Below are positions 16,151 through 26,623 of a stretch of DNA of 64,000 nt, one piece after another (positions within the stretch are counted from its first letter, which is position 1; each line of letters starts with the position of its first letter). The translations under genes and the position numbers were made by a program. Under the pieces are notes generated by a model. That model saw only the letters and a list, made by a program, of their open reading frames with translations. It did no database searches and was not told the origin of the DNA. The DNA comes from Escherichia phage vB_EcoM_EC001. The stretch lies in the sequence record MN445185.1; one strand, written 5' to 3'.

Positions 16151-18895
16151 TTAGAGGACGTTGTCTGGGTTGTCGTCGGTAGTTCCTTCACCACCTTCTG
16201 TGCCTTCCGTTCCCTCGGTAGTTGTTTCCGTGGTTTCGGTCGACTCAGTCGTTTCCCCTGTACTATCCCCGTCGGTTCCGTTATCCGTATCGAAATCGAG
16301 GTCTAAATCATCGTCACCCCCACCACCGAGATCTCCTTCGCCACCACCGGTGTCACCGCCCGCATCAAAACCACCGCTGAATCCGCCAGCAGATTCGTTA
16401 GGGTCAAGGTCAGCATTTTTCGCCAACGTTTCCAGACGACCTGTAAAACGTTTCGCCAACTGAATCAGCGTCTTCGAAGCAGCCATCGCTTCATCAGTCA
16501 TCATGGTGATGTTGTCTTGACGAGATTTATCGTCGTAAACCAGATCGAAGAAGTCAGTTTCAATGCCTTGTTTACGCAGCCAGTTGCGCGTATAGAAGGA
16601 TTTGATCATCGTCTTCAGATCGTTCGGGTCCATCGAGATGCCTTCTTGCTGGAGTTGCGCAGCAATGTCATCCGTTACAACCAGATCAGCCAGCTTCTCA
16701 AAGAACTCCGTACGTTTATCGAACAGCTCCATCTGCGAAGCTGCTGCAGAGGTGTCTGGCGGTGGTAAGGTTACTTTCATACCGTTGATAAACGCAGCCA
16801 GGTACTCAGAGACCTTTTTCGTAATCTGGTCAGTAGTCATCCCATTGCCGTTAGCATTGATATACTCTGCAATGATTTTAATCATCGCTGATTGCAACGA
16901 CGGGGAGGCCAACATCCCATTAACTACGTAACGTGTCAGTGGCTTAGAGAGAATCTCTTGCTTCTTAACAACTTGTTGCGTGACCAGCAACGATTTAGAG
17001 AAAATCTGTGAAGCGAATTCGATGTTCTCGGGGGTCATTACCAGGTCGGGGTCAACGCCAGCGATGTGACAAGTGCGACGTAACAGACCTTCGTCGAAAT
17101 CCTTATCCGGGTATTTATAATCCGGCGTAGTATCCGACACAGACACTTTGGTACTACCGTAGTAGTCGTTACCAATAACGTTAAACGCAATACCTGCGTT
17201 TGTCGTCATTGCCCAGGTGTCGTTCATGTCCCCCCACATCGGTTGACGACGGTTATAGGAGTTCATGATGTCTGTTTTCAGCTGGTCAATTGTTTTCTGA
17301 CCGTTCATGTCGTCTGGTGCCAACTCAATGTCGTACTGCATGTGACGTGCAGAGTTCAACACCGCAGAGTTCATGGTAGCGAACAACAGCGCCATACGGA
17401 CAGTAGAGATAACGAACGAGCGTTCGGTAATAGACACACCGATACCATCTTCATCAAAGTCCGTGGCAAAATAGCAAAGGTTTTCCGCAGGAATATAGAT
17501 AACCTGCGTGTGGCGTTTTGCCAGATGGCGCGCCAGCATGATACGGCTGAACGTTTCGGTTACCGTCATGCTAATCTCAGCACCACCCAACGCCTCACCC
17601 AACGCTTTTGTCAGCTGGTCTTCAGCAATCTCACCATAACGCGCTGTTAAGCGGTTAGCAATGTCTGGTGTGATTCGGGTTGTGTTGCCCATCCCCAGAT
17701 TCGCGCGGTTGATTGTCGAATCTACCATACCGTCGTTGTTCAGGTAGTTCATGAAGTTCGCATCCCCGTAAAGTGTGGAACGCGAGTTAATGAAGTTACC
17801 CATTTCGTCAACGATGGCCAGATAACCTATGGGGTTACGAACATCGTCACCGATAACGAGTGGGAGTGTGGACTCTGCTGGCAGTAATCGTTCCGTGTAT
17901 TCGATTTTGTTGGCATCGGAGAAACTCATCTTCGGTACTTCGCCGTAAAGCTTTTGCTCAGGCGTTTTCTGGTACGCTTCGTTGAGGTCGCCGATGTTGA
18001 TTAAACCGAGTTTTGCCTTCTCTTGTTCACTGTCTGTGAACTGGTCAGCGTTATACTCTGACGCACCTGTCGGCGTAGAAGGTTGTTCATATGCGTACTG
18101 CTCTAACTGACCGAACAGGCCGGTGCGAGCATTCTCCTGTGCTACACGGCGATAAGCCTCCGGTAGCAGGGTAATACGCGGGTTGTCGGTGATAACGATA
18201 TCCAGGGAAGCTAACATACCGTCTGCTTTAAACGGACTGTTAGGGGCTGCTGCAAAGTTAAGTTTAATGGTTTGTGGCTTGGTGGGCTTGTCAGCTCCAC
18301 GTGCACGACCCAGAATACTTTCTACACCAACCTTCGGTTTGTTCTCACCACCAATCTTGCCTAAAATACCCAACTGACGTTCAAAGAAGTCAGATTGGCT
18401 ACGGCGCAACGATTCGGTTGCAACAGACGGCTTTAAGCCGAAGAGTTCATCGAATCCGGTATCTGAAATCAGCAACACCGGGCTCGCGCCTTTGGATTTC
18501 AGTGCATCGTAAATCCACTGATACAGTTTGTTGGGTAACTGGCGCGTGTGGTCATGGAATTCACGCACAGGTTCCAACAACTGTTGACGCAGGTCGATCG
18601 GGATATCAGCCACGTTGTCGTAAATCAGCGTGGTGTTAATCAAATCTTTTGTGGACAGGAGTGAGGAGGTCGCGATGGTAACAATGACCTCTAACTCAGG
18701 GAGCGCATCAAAGATACGTTCGGCATTTTTAACGGTGCGAATGCGGCTACTCGCAATGCCCGTGAGTTCTGTACGGGTTGGTGTAACGCCACCATCTTCA
18801 CGCTTACCGCGTTGCTGCTGAGCCGACGGGCTCGTGGACTTACGCAGTATGGCAGCTACCGCGGGGTCGCCCGTTAATTTACTAATATCTTCCAT
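16151..18895 (-). CDS. large virion protein, 914 aa; portal protein candidate
   Basis: size typical of jumbo-phage portals; acidic Gly/Thr-rich C-terminal tail; no Walker A, so not terminase. Confidence 0.35.
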   Translation of the reverse strand: MEDISKLTGDPAVAAILRKSTSPSAQQQRGKREDGGVTPTRTELTGIASSRIRTVKNAERIFDALPELEVIVTIATSSLLSTKDLINTTLIYDNVADIPIDLRQQLLEPVREFHDHTRQLPNKLYQWIYDALKSKGASPVLLISDTGFDELFGLKPSVATESLRRSQSDFFERQLGILGKIGGENKPKVGVESILGRARGADKPTKPQTIKLNFAAAPNSPFKADGMLASLDIVITDNPRITLLPEAYRRVAQENARTGLFGQLEQYAYEQPSTPTGASEYNADQFTDSEQEKAKLGLINIGDLNEAYQKTPEQKLYGEVPKMSFSDANKIEYTERLLPAESTLPLVIGDDVRNPIGYLAIVDEMGNFINSRSTLYGDANFMNYLNNDGMVDSTINRANLGMGNTTRITPDIANRLTARYGEIAEDQLTKALGEALGGAEISMTVTETFSRIMLARHLAKRHTQVIYIPAENLCYFATDFDEDGIGVSITERSFVISTVRMALLFATMNSAVLNSARHMQYDIELAPDDMNGQKTIDQLKTDIMNSYNRRQPMWGDMNDTWAMTTNAGIAFNVIGNDYYGSTKVSVSDTTPDYKYPDKDFDEGLLRRTCHIAGVDPDLVMTPENIEFASQIFSKSLLVTQQVVKKQEILSKPLTRYVVNGMLASPSLQSAMIKIIAEYINANGNGMTTDQITKKVSEYLAAFINGMKVTLPPPDTSAAASQMELFDKRTEFFEKLADLVVTDDIAAQLQQEGISMDPNDLKTMIKSFYTRNWLRKQGIETDFFDLVYDDKSRQDNITMMTDEAMAASKTLIQLAKRFTGRLETLAKNADLDPNESAGGFSGGFDAGGDTGGGEGDLGGGGDDDLDLDFDTDNGTDGDSTGETTESTETTETTTEGTEGTEGGEGTTDDNPDNVL

Positions 18896-18906
18896 TGGGG
18901 TCTCCG

Positions 18907-21090
18907 ATGCAGAGATTTAACATTTTTCGTGACCAGGCTATCCAGTTAGCGAAATCCCTGATTGTCAAATCAGAGAGCATCGCACAACAGATGAACCTGG
19001 CAATAACCAAAAACGGCGGTTTCGTTTCCGAGAACCGTGAGACGTGGCGGTATTACCTACACTTAGCAGGTAAACGACATGCAATCGACAAGCCGATATA
19101 CATTACGTCACTCGACACGCAAGAGCAGATAGAGTTAACGACGCAGAACCTCTCCCGTCATAAAAAGACCTCAAACGTATATCGTTCTAACCCGGAGTAT
19201 ATCGACGACTTAATCGCCGAGTATCCGGACTACGCAGTATATATTCGAGGCACTTTCAATCCGATTGATATTGCATACGCGATACGTGTCGATGACTGCT
19301 CAATTTTGTATTACGATCCTGCTTTAGTTGAACCGCAGGAGACGTCGTTAATTACACATATTGAGAACTTTATTCGTGCGGCACATGTGCGGTTCATGGC
19401 CGATGGCTGGAAAGTTCACAACGACTGTTTCGTACTGGCCTTTTACATGCAACAGTACCCGGTGTGGCCGGGGCTTATCATGTACATCCGCAAACGGTTA
19501 CAGTTTACGACCGAAACGCACTCCTACTACGTGACCGAGTTCTTGGCTTCACACCAAGAACTGCACGAGTTCATGCCGTACCTGACCCTCAAGCAGAAAT
19601 TCACACTGTATCGCAATATCCGTTACTGGGAACGTAACTCTGGTAAGGAAGAAATCTTTACCTGGATGATTGACACCCTGCTGACGGGTTGGGGTATGCC
19701 TGCTGTTGGATATAAGGTCGCCCAGCAGATTCACGACCCGACGACGGGCAGTGATGATGACCTGACACCACTCCCGATCGGCTACCAGTCATCGCTTAAC
19801 TATACTGAACGTGACTCGGGTCGTGACCTGGACATTGTTAGCACAACTGACATCATCCGGAAAGAAATCAATCTGGCGTACAATAACCCAGTGCACGAAC
19901 CTGACTATCAGGAAGACCTCGATCGGCGTTTGAGCTTGACGCAGTATCCGAACCTGCCAACGAAGTTAGTTGAGGTAACGGCGATTGACCCAGAGGCCAT
20001 CGAACGTTGGGAATTTATGCATGGCTTGTTCAACGAGTGGATGCATATCGTGGCACGTGGACAGTACAACATTTACCACGAAATTCTTAACCCAACGAAC
20101 GGGGATACGCTAAAGCTCACTTCAAAAGAGCTGCTGGCACTGTTCTTGTATGCGAGCTTCAAAGGTTATTCTGGCGTAGCACTGGATAAGATCCCGGTGT
20201 GGAACGTGTTTGGTGTGTTAATCAAACGCTGGGTTGGTTTTGATGAGATGGAGCAGTATCTGCCAAGCTCATGGCCCGGTCGTTTTAATGCGTTGATTAA
20301 CTATTACACGGACACGCATCATGAAGTTATCGGTAATTTGACGTCTGCAGATGAGTTGTACGATGAAATCAGCGAAATCATGGTGCAGAAGCGTCGTCGT
20401 TACCGTTACTCGTATAATCGACACAAGCTAGCCGACCGTGCTGCCGGCACAATGTTGTTTACCTACCACTACCGTGACTATAAGTGCGATCTTGACCTAC
20501 CTTACCGCGATTACGACGAGTTCTTCAAAACGTTTGGTTTTGATTACAAGTTAGTCTCCGCGGAAACCTGGCAGGACATCGCCACCGACGCTTTAAACGT
20601 GGCCACTAATCTGGAAACACGTGCGTCTGTCTCACAAGCTGAAATACAACGCGCGATGGTGCGGTTAATGACGAAACTCTCGTCGTATACTGTCCATTTT
20701 GCCGCACGTATGGGTTCTGACACCTACGATGTCACCGACCCAGTCATCCCGATTCTGGATGATATTCTCGCAGAGGCTGCCGATACAACAAATATCATTT
20801 ACCCTCTGACAGACGTGCAGCGTGTGAGCCGTAGTTCATTCATGACGACGGATAAGCCCATCCCTGTCGCTCCCGTGATAAAGGAAATGGCAATCCCGCA
20901 ACGTATTAAGTTGCGGATGAATGTCTACCCTGGTATCCGCGTGAAGGTCGAGCAGGATGTTGTGGTCGATATGGTACAGCCGCCTATTGATATTATCCGT
21001 GTGCGGACGTCATTTGAGGAGTGGACGCTTGCCGAGCGCGTGGCCGACCGTGACATGGATGGCTTCCGGTTAGACCAATTACCAAAGTGA
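18907..21090 (+). CDS. large hypothetical protein (about 728 aa), probably structural
   Basis: first ATG at 18907 (ORF-track ORF starts at TTG 18895); divergent from portal candidate with about 11 bp spacing; no ATPase motifs. Confidence 0.55.
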   Translation: MQRFNIFRDQAIQLAKSLIVKSESIAQQMNLAITKNGGFVSENRETWRYYLHLAGKRHAIDKPIYITSLDTQEQIELTTQNLSRHKKTSNVYRSNPEYIDDLIAEYPDYAVYIRGTFNPIDIAYAIRVDDCSILYYDPALVEPQETSLITHIENFIRAAHVRFMADGWKVHNDCFVLAFYMQQYPVWPGLIMYIRKRLQFTTETHSYYVTEFLASHQELHEFMPYLTLKQKFTLYRNIRYWERNSGKEEIFTWMIDTLLTGWGMPAVGYKVAQQIHDPTTGSDDDLTPLPIGYQSSLNYTERDSGRDLDIVSTTDIIRKEINLAYNNPVHEPDYQEDLDRRLSLTQYPNLPTKLVEVTAIDPEAIERWEFMHGLFNEWMHIVARGQYNIYHEILNPTNGDTLKLTSKELLALFLYASFKGYSGVALDKIPVWNVFGVLIKRWVGFDEMEQYLPSSWPGRFNALINYYTDTHHEVIGNLTSADELYDEISEIMVQKRRRYRYSYNRHKLADRAAGTMLFTYHYRDYKCDLDLPYRDYDEFFKTFGFDYKLVSAETWQDIATDALNVATNLETRASVSQAEIQRAMVRLMTKLSSYTVHFAARMGSDTYDVTDPVIPILDDILAEAADTTNIIYPLTDVQRVSRSSFMTTDKPIPVAPVIKEMAIPQRIKLRMNVYPGIRVKVEQDVVVDMVQPPIDIIRVRTSFEEWTLAERVADRDMDGFRLDQLPK

Positions 21091-21097
21091 GAGACTT

Positions 21098-21625
21098 ATG
21101 GGATACCGTATAGATTTATCAAAAACCCCGAAACAGATTCTGGTTGAGAGAATCAATTACGTTTTTAAGTTATCGTATAGTGAAAATAACTACGAGTTTA
21201 ACCCACGTGGGGTGTGGCCGTTAACCCAAGCAGAGCGACGCGCTAAAGGTGTGGAGTCTAAAGTTGCGGCGCGCTTTGTAAATGGGGTACACGGCACTCA
21301 AGAGTTTTACCTGACTCGTGCGGACTTAAACAAGTTACTTAAAGACGTAACGGTTGAAGTCCCGAAGGGTGCGGCAGAATGGAGCCATGAATTAGTTCCG
21401 TATATTGTCGATGAGCTGGGTCTCCAGCTTGACACCTACGATATCATGGTTGAACCGATTACCCCGGAAATGGAATCGTATGAGGCGCGCTTAATCCCGC
21501 ACCATCTATCTTTCAAAGGCACGATTGCGATTACTTTTGTTGACCCAACTCCCCGTAAGCTGGCGCAGCTGGTAACTAAACGGGCACTCGACGGGTTTCG
21601 CCCAGGAGAATTTTTAAATGGCTAA
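21098..21625 (+). CDS. hypothetical protein
   Basis: 175-aa ORF tightly following upstream gene. Confidence 0.55.
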   Translation: MGYRIDLSKTPKQILVERINYVFKLSYSENNYEFNPRGVWPLTQAERRAKGVESKVAARFVNGVHGTQEFYLTRADLNKLLKDVTVEVPKGAAEWSHELVPYIVDELGLQLDTYDIMVEPITPEMESYEARLIPHHLSFKGTIAITFVDPTPRKLAQLVTKRALDGFRPGEFLNG

Positions 21626-22505
21626 CACCAAAGTTTACGACGGTAAACTGTCAACAGTGACTCTTAACGCGATGCGACTTACGACCGCGCTATTGACAGG
21701 TGCTGACGTGCAGTACCCACAGAAATCCACGATGAATGAGTTTTATAAACTCATGACCGCGAAGGTTCCCGATGGCGCTACACGTCCGCATTTAGGATAC
21801 ATGTGCGTGGGTAACCGTGGTCACATCGTTGATCAGTCTGATGTTGTGGCAGACGTTGTTCCCGTCGCGAAATCCCCGATTGCGTCAGGGATGTTCTCGC
21901 GCGTTCCATTGGTACTGCGTACGTTGGATAATGACTTGTCTGATGAGCAACGTAAACAGTACGCTTTCCGTACTCGTGAAACTATCGGCGCGCGGGATTA
22001 CTGGGCGTATTATCTGAAACGTATCGACATGCGCGCAGTGAAGACCACTGACCTGGATATCACTCGCGAAAACGGTGTTGAAACCGTCAAAGATTTCGTC
22101 TATACCGATGCGGAACTGAACCCGGTACCGAAAGAACTCCCAGACTACGATTACGACGATGACGGCACTGTAGAGATCCCCGACGGTCGTTATGTTGAAT
22201 CGGGCGCAGACCTGGTGATTCCATGGACTGAGTTTGATGTTCAGGAATACATGAACGTGACGGCGATTCTACGTGGTACGCCACGCAGTTCGATTATCTC
22301 TGAAATTGCGCTGTGCTCTGGCGTTGATACCCCTGAAACGGGTGAGTCGGCTACCGGTTCACAGTTCAGCTACGACGAAGCTATCGGTGTGCAGGCGTTG
22401 TACTACATCTCCCTGTTCACTAACCTGGCACAGACCAACGATCGTCTGTCACTGACCATCCGTATCGGCCAGCCGGCACCGTGGTTCTTAGGGACAGCTA
22501 ACTGA
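21618..22505 (+). CDS. hypothetical protein
   Basis: 295-aa ORF; GGAG ribosome-binding site; overlaps upstream stop. Confidence 0.55.
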   Translation: MANTKVYDGKLSTVTLNAMRLTTALLTGADVQYPQKSTMNEFYKLMTAKVPDGATRPHLGYMCVGNRGHIVDQSDVVADVVPVAKSPIASGMFSRVPLVLRTLDNDLSDEQRKQYAFRTRETIGARDYWAYYLKRIDMRAVKTTDLDITRENGVETVKDFVYTDAELNPVPKELPDYDYDDDGTVEIPDGRYVESGADLVIPWTEFDVQEYMNVTAILRGTPRSSIISEIALCSGVDTPETGESATGSQFSYDEAIGVQALYYISLFTNLAQTNDRLSLTIRIGQPAPWFLGTAN

Positions 22506-23155
22506 TGCTGATTCCTGAGCCGAGGTTACCCGACAGTATGGTGAGGATTGCGGCTGTTGACCCCGGTACTGCCCATCTTGGGATGGCGGTTATCGACTGG
22601 GAATTTGGCCAACCTCAAGGTGAAGTTGTCTGGGCGGGCACGGCTCATGTTGCGGACCCTACGCACAATGGCTCTTTTGGTGAGTGCGTAGGGAAACGCG
22701 ATGCGCGTTTGGTAGAATTAGAAGAACGCTTTCGTGAGTTTTTAAAACTGGCAAGGCCGACTTTTGTCGCTACCGAAACTCCGTTCATGCGAAGAGCTAA
22801 GCTCTCAGCGTACGAGTCTGGGGTGGAGTTGCAACTGATGTTGCGGCGAACGCTTTGGGACGTGTTTCCCGAAAAATATCTCCATGGGTTTAATCCTATT
22901 ATTGTGAAGTCGTACGTTGGTGTGGAAGCAAAGGGTACAGATAAATCGCATATGCAGCAAGCGGTTACCAAGCTCTACGCTAACCATACCCGGTGCGACT
23001 TATCGGTATTGGATGAACACAGTATCGATGCCGTGGCGGTGGGTAATATCTTCGTCAGGGTCAACTTATTAAACCTAAATAGTCTCCTTCCGCCCAAGGT
23101 TAAAGTTCCTAAAGCTAAGGCTGGTAAGCGGAAAGGAAGACGCCGGAGGAAATAG
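22505..23155 (+). CDS. RuvC-family Holliday junction resolvase homologue with polybasic C-terminal tail
   Basis: manual alignment to E. coli RuvC: IAAVDPGTAHLGMAV vs ILGIDPGSRVTGYGV, ATETPFM vs AIEQVFM, KSHMQQAV vs KSQVQHMV, DEHSIDAVAVG vs ADAADALAIA; tail KAKAGKRKGRRRRK. Confidence 0.7.
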   Translation: MLIPEPRLPDSMVRIAAVDPGTAHLGMAVIDWEFGQPQGEVVWAGTAHVADPTHNGSFGECVGKRDARLVELEERFREFLKLARPTFVATETPFMRRAKLSAYESGVELQLMLRRTLWDVFPEKYLHGFNPIIVKSYVGVEAKGTDKSHMQQAVTKLYANHTRCDLSVLDEHSIDAVAVGNIFVRVNLLNLNSLLPPKVKVPKAKAGKRKGRRRRK

Positions 23156-23157
23156 CG

Positions 23158-23730
23158 ATGTCGCAGTCTTTGCAAGAAGCCTCGACGGATGTGTTGGATG
23201 TTCTTATCCAGGCGGGCACCAATAAATTAAGCCTGGAAGAGAGTAAACGACTAAAAACAGCCGCCCAGACCGCCTTGGGAAGTGATGTTGAAATTGATGT
23301 CACTAAACCTGCTAACGTGATTCTTACTTCTTTACGCCCCCTCATCCTTGAGCAGGTGGGGAACATGGCGAAAACGTTTGAATCGCAAGCAAAAGCCGCC
23401 GTAGAAAGCATGGATGAAAAGCTCGCCAAAGAAACGTTATTGACCCTGTGGCCAAATTTGAAAGGTCCGCAGAAAGTCCTTATCGTTTTGTTGGTGCTGA
23501 CCACTGTGGTGATTACTGGCGTGATGGCCTGGGACACACACCTGCATTATCCACAAGAGTTAACGGATGTGCTGGTTGTGGCGCTCTTACCTTTGTTTGC
23601 TCAGGCCGTGTTCTTTACATGGCCGATTAAGACGCTTGCTTATAACTCGATGGCCATTGGTGCCAAAGTTGTTGAATACAAGCTGAATAAGAGCAACGCG
23701 AAGCAACAGACTACCGCACCTAAAGTGTAA
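23158..23730 (+). CDS. membrane protein (two or more predicted transmembrane helices)
   Basis: hydrophobic segments VLIVLLVLTTVVITGVMAW and VLVVALLPLFAQAVFF. Confidence 0.55.
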   Translation: MSQSLQEASTDVLDVLIQAGTNKLSLEESKRLKTAAQTALGSDVEIDVTKPANVILTSLRPLILEQVGNMAKTFESQAKAAVESMDEKLAKETLLTLWPNLKGPQKVLIVLLVLTTVVITGVMAWDTHLHYPQELTDVLVVALLPLFAQAVFFTWPIKTLAYNSMAIGAKVVEYKLNKSNAKQQTTAPKV

Positions 23731-23732
23731 TT

Positions 23733-23772
23733 AAGCCCTCTTCTCCTCCGGGGGAAGAGGCTTCTTATTTTT
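23733..23772 (+). terminator. rho-independent terminator
   Basis: CCTCTTC...GAAGAGG stem then CTTCTTATTTTTTTTATT. Confidence 0.75.
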
Positions 23773-23827
23773 TTTATTACGTCTACGTAAATTACTGTGT
23801 AAGCACGACCCAAAAGGAATATAAAAA

Positions 23828-24466
23828 ATGCAATTACAATTTCGTCAACGGTCTGTACTACTACCGTTTAGCGCTATATTAGGTTCGTTTACCAAAATGC
23901 TGTCTGTGGATTTTACTGCAGCTGAGAAAGAAGCGCTGTTATTGGCGGCAGTCGAAGAAGTATTGTGGGAGGCATTTTACGTAGTGCCGTTTCGTAGCTG
24001 CTTAAACGCCCCGTATGTTGAAGGGCAGTTTGTCAGCGCGCTTTCCGCCGCGATTACCAAACGTAAACTAAATGCCATGGCGCATGTCAAAGAGATCACC
24101 GCGCAACGAGGACGGATATTCGCTGCCGTCAGAAATGTGTTAATTAAAGAAGGGTTTCTTGCAGATGCGTTAGGTCCCGAAGTTCCTTGGGAACCAGGCC
24201 ATCCGCCGCGTCAGTTTGACCACGGGTACAAGTTAAATATAATTATGCCACGCGGTAAGCGTGACGTCTCATTGGGGAAATGGTTACAGATAAGTTGGGT
24301 TCGTCCTACTATCGATTGGCAAGAAATGTCGGTCAATCGCTATCTGGAACACCTGGCAAAAACACCGGCACAGTTTCACCGTTCAACAATCCTGCCGCTA
24401 CACATGCTGTTAAAACCGTCCCTGTCATTGGCAGAAGCCAGATACCTGCTTAGTGGAGAGAAGTGA
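23828..24466 (+). CDS. hypothetical protein
   Basis: 212-aa ORF; start may be a downstream in-frame ATG. Confidence 0.5.
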   Translation: MQLQFRQRSVLLPFSAILGSFTKMLSVDFTAAEKEALLLAAVEEVLWEAFYVVPFRSCLNAPYVEGQFVSALSAAITKRKLNAMAHVKEITAQRGRIFAAVRNVLIKEGFLADALGPEVPWEPGHPPRQFDHGYKLNIIMPRGKRDVSLGKWLQISWVRPTIDWQEMSVNRYLEHLAKTPAQFHRSTILPLHMLLKPSLSLAEARYLLSGEK

Positions 24467-24948
24467 TGCTTGTTATTAATGTGGTCGAGGATAAGATTCC
24501 CGCGAATGTTTATCCTGAACTGGTTGAATGGGTGCGCGACTTAAACAGTATCCGCGAGGAGCCTATTAAACTCACGATGTTTGTTGAGGATGATATCGTG
24601 CGTGGAATCATGGCATGGGAACCTGGCCATTTGGTCTATATGGTAGTGCCCGAAGAATCGCGGCGGGGCGGTGTCGGCAGATTTATGCTTAAGTATCTTC
24701 AGCAGAACTCCGATCGTAAACACATCAGCTGTCGTGTTCACCCGACCAACATTCCCGCGCTAGGATTCTTTCACCAACAAGGCTTCCAGATTGACCGATG
24801 GTATATTGCTGCTGACGGCCAACGGTATTTTCGTATGACGAACTACAATGTTATTTCGTCACACACGCCACCGGAGGAAAAGCTTTTAACTCATTACGCT
24901 GAAAGCGTTCCCATTTTTCTCTCGATGGCAGAAGGTCATTTCGTCTAA
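24463..24948 (+). CDS. GNAT-family N-acetyltransferase
   Basis: motif A VPEESRRGGVGRFML and motif B NIPALGFFHQQGF. Confidence 0.65.
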   Translation: MMLVINVVEDKIPANVYPELVEWVRDLNSIREEPIKLTMFVEDDIVRGIMAWEPGHLVYMVVPEESRRGGVGRFMLKYLQQNSDRKHISCRVHPTNIPALGFFHQQGFQIDRWYIAADGQRYFRMTNYNVISSHTPPEEKLLTHYAESVPIFLSMAEGHFV

Positions 24949-24965
24949 ACGAGCGAGAGTGTATA

Positions 24966-25442
24966 ATGATACGTGTTGCTTACGAAACACGAGATACGGA
25001 TGGAACCCGTATAAACGTCATCCGCCGTGTGGAGCTTGTTCCTCAGCATGAACTGAATATTGCAGACAGTTCGCTTAGGGGCACTCCTGTTAAGATTCTG
25101 AATCTTACGAGACGTTCTTTTCATCACAGTAAGACTTCACCAGCAATACGGTCCAGTAAAAGAAAAAGTTATGCCGATTTAAAACATCGGTTGTCCCGGC
25201 ATTTTCGTCGGAGTGCCTGGAAGGCTTTAGTTGAGATTTTGGTTGACGAACACCTTATCCAGAAGTTGGAATGGGAAGAGGTTCTCAAGGAAGCGGGCTA
25301 TCCAACTAAACCTTTCTCTTATCACTGGCATCACTTCAAAAAACAGTTCCATGATACTTTACAGGTATCGCCAAACACTCGCAACATGATTCACCGTTTG
25401 GAGAAAATGGACTGGCTTCTACCCTATCTGGAAGAGGACTAG
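24966..25442 (+). CDS. hypothetical basic protein
   Basis: 158-aa ORF. Confidence 0.5.
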   Translation: MIRVAYETRDTDGTRINVIRRVELVPQHELNIADSSLRGTPVKILNLTRRSFHHSKTSPAIRSSKRKSYADLKHRLSRHFRRSAWKALVEILVDEHLIQKLEWEEVLKEAGYPTKPFSYHWHHFKKQFHDTLQVSPNTRNMIHRLEKMDWLLPYLEED

Positions 25443-25444
25443 AT

Positions 25445-25834
25445 ATGATGCGTGCTGTATTAGCTGTGTTTATAATTTGCGTTACTACGTCAGTATACGC
25501 GTTTACTGTTCAGGACTTCCCGCAATACAAACCAATGTGGGAAACTGACGCACCTGTGAAATTCAGCGACAAAGATGAACCAGTCGTGTCGGTGGAGAAG
25601 GGTGAGTTTGCCGTGGTCAACTACGGACGTTCTGAACTGTGTCCAGGCGGTGGCTTTTATCTCATTAACACAAAGCGTAAGACGTACCAGCCGATAGATG
25701 CCGGTACGTGTTCGCCGAAAGTTAAAGCGACAATTGTCCCGTCAGTACGAACACATCGCAGCGTTAATACCCACCAGTTAACTTTTTGGGTAGGTAAAGA
25801 AATTTCCGCGCGGTATCCTTTGTACGATTACTAA
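25445..25834 (+). CDS. secreted or periplasmic protein with N-terminal signal peptide
   Basis: N-terminus MMRAVLAVFIICVTTSVYA then polar mature region. Confidence 0.55.
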   Translation: MMRAVLAVFIICVTTSVYAFTVQDFPQYKPMWETDAPVKFSDKDEPVVSVEKGEFAVVNYGRSELCPGGGFYLINTKRKTYQPIDAGTCSPKVKATIVPSVRTHRSVNTHQLTFWVGKEISARYPLYDY

Positions 25835-25852
25835 ACACAGCGTATAGGGGCT

Positions 25853-25880
25853 TCGGCCCCTATACTGTTTATTATTTTCC
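25853..25880 (+). terminator. rho-independent terminator (UUCG loop)
   Basis: TATAGGGGC-TTCG-GCCCCTATA then T-rich tract. Confidence 0.8.
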
Positions 25881-25924
25881 TGTGAAGTATTATGACCCCC
25901 TTAATCAAATACCAGGAGCGAGGC

Positions 25925-26542
25925 ATGTCTTTTGTTATTGACTTTAACCACCATCATAGTCAAACCTTGCTCGATTTAGTCAATGCTTTTAATGCTGAAA
26001 CCGTTTATACGCCCCTGACCACAGAACGTATCCGAGTGGAGAGTTATGGTCCACCGGAACCGGACGGTCGTGTAAGTGCTTTGCTGACTAATAAGAGTAA
26101 GCCAGATGACTATGTGGTTGTGCGTTACCGCAAATTGAGCTTAAATGATATAATCACGTTGAAGCCTGAACATCTCACATGGTTTGATTTGTCGAAAGGT
26201 AAACCGGCCGATTTGCGCGTATGGTCTGAACCTGCAATGGCCAGTTTTGAATCGGCGTGTGCAGAACGTGGCATCGTTGTAAGTAAGGCGTGGGAAAACC
26301 CCGCGCAATGCCACGTAGAGTACGACATCCCGACTGATCGATACGTCCTCGTCTATGAATGTGAATCATTTGTTTACGAATCGCGCACACGCATTACGCT
26401 ACCGTACCATATCGGCCAAGACTTAACCAAGACAACGTTGCCTGGTCTGGAATACGACTTGGCTGGTTTCTGGGGGCATAAGCTGTTAGAAGAAGTGACT
26501 ATCACGAAGCTTAACGGTTTTCGTTATCGTGAGTTTGTTTAA
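25925..26542 (+). CDS. hypothetical protein
   Basis: AGGAG 6 nt upstream of ATG 25925; ORF-track start 25892 lacks a ribosome-binding site. Confidence 0.55.
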   Translation: MSFVIDFNHHHSQTLLDLVNAFNAETVYTPLTTERIRVESYGPPEPDGRVSALLTNKSKPDDYVVVRYRKLSLNDIITLKPEHLTWFDLSKGKPADLRVWSEPAMASFESACAERGIVVSKAWENPAQCHVEYDIPTDRYVLVYECESFVYESRTRITLPYHIGQDLTKTTLPGLEYDLAGFWGHKLLEEVTITKLNGFRYREFV

Positions 26543-26549
26543 GACACTA

Positions 26550-26590
26550 CCCTCGCCCGTTTAGCGAGGGTAGGTATTTATTTTTTTCTT
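26550..26590 (+). terminator. rho-independent terminator
   Basis: CCCTCGC...GCGAGGG stem then TATTTATTTTTTT. Confidence 0.8.
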
Positions 26591-26623
26591 ACGAATCGTC
26601 CACTCCGTATAGGAGGTAAGTCC

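Noticed and set aside
16151-21090. Terminase large subunit assignment for the 914-aa or ~730-aa proteins
   Set aside because: Neither has a Walker A (GxxxxGK[ST]) or Walker B ATPase motif on manual reading; portal or structural roles fit better.
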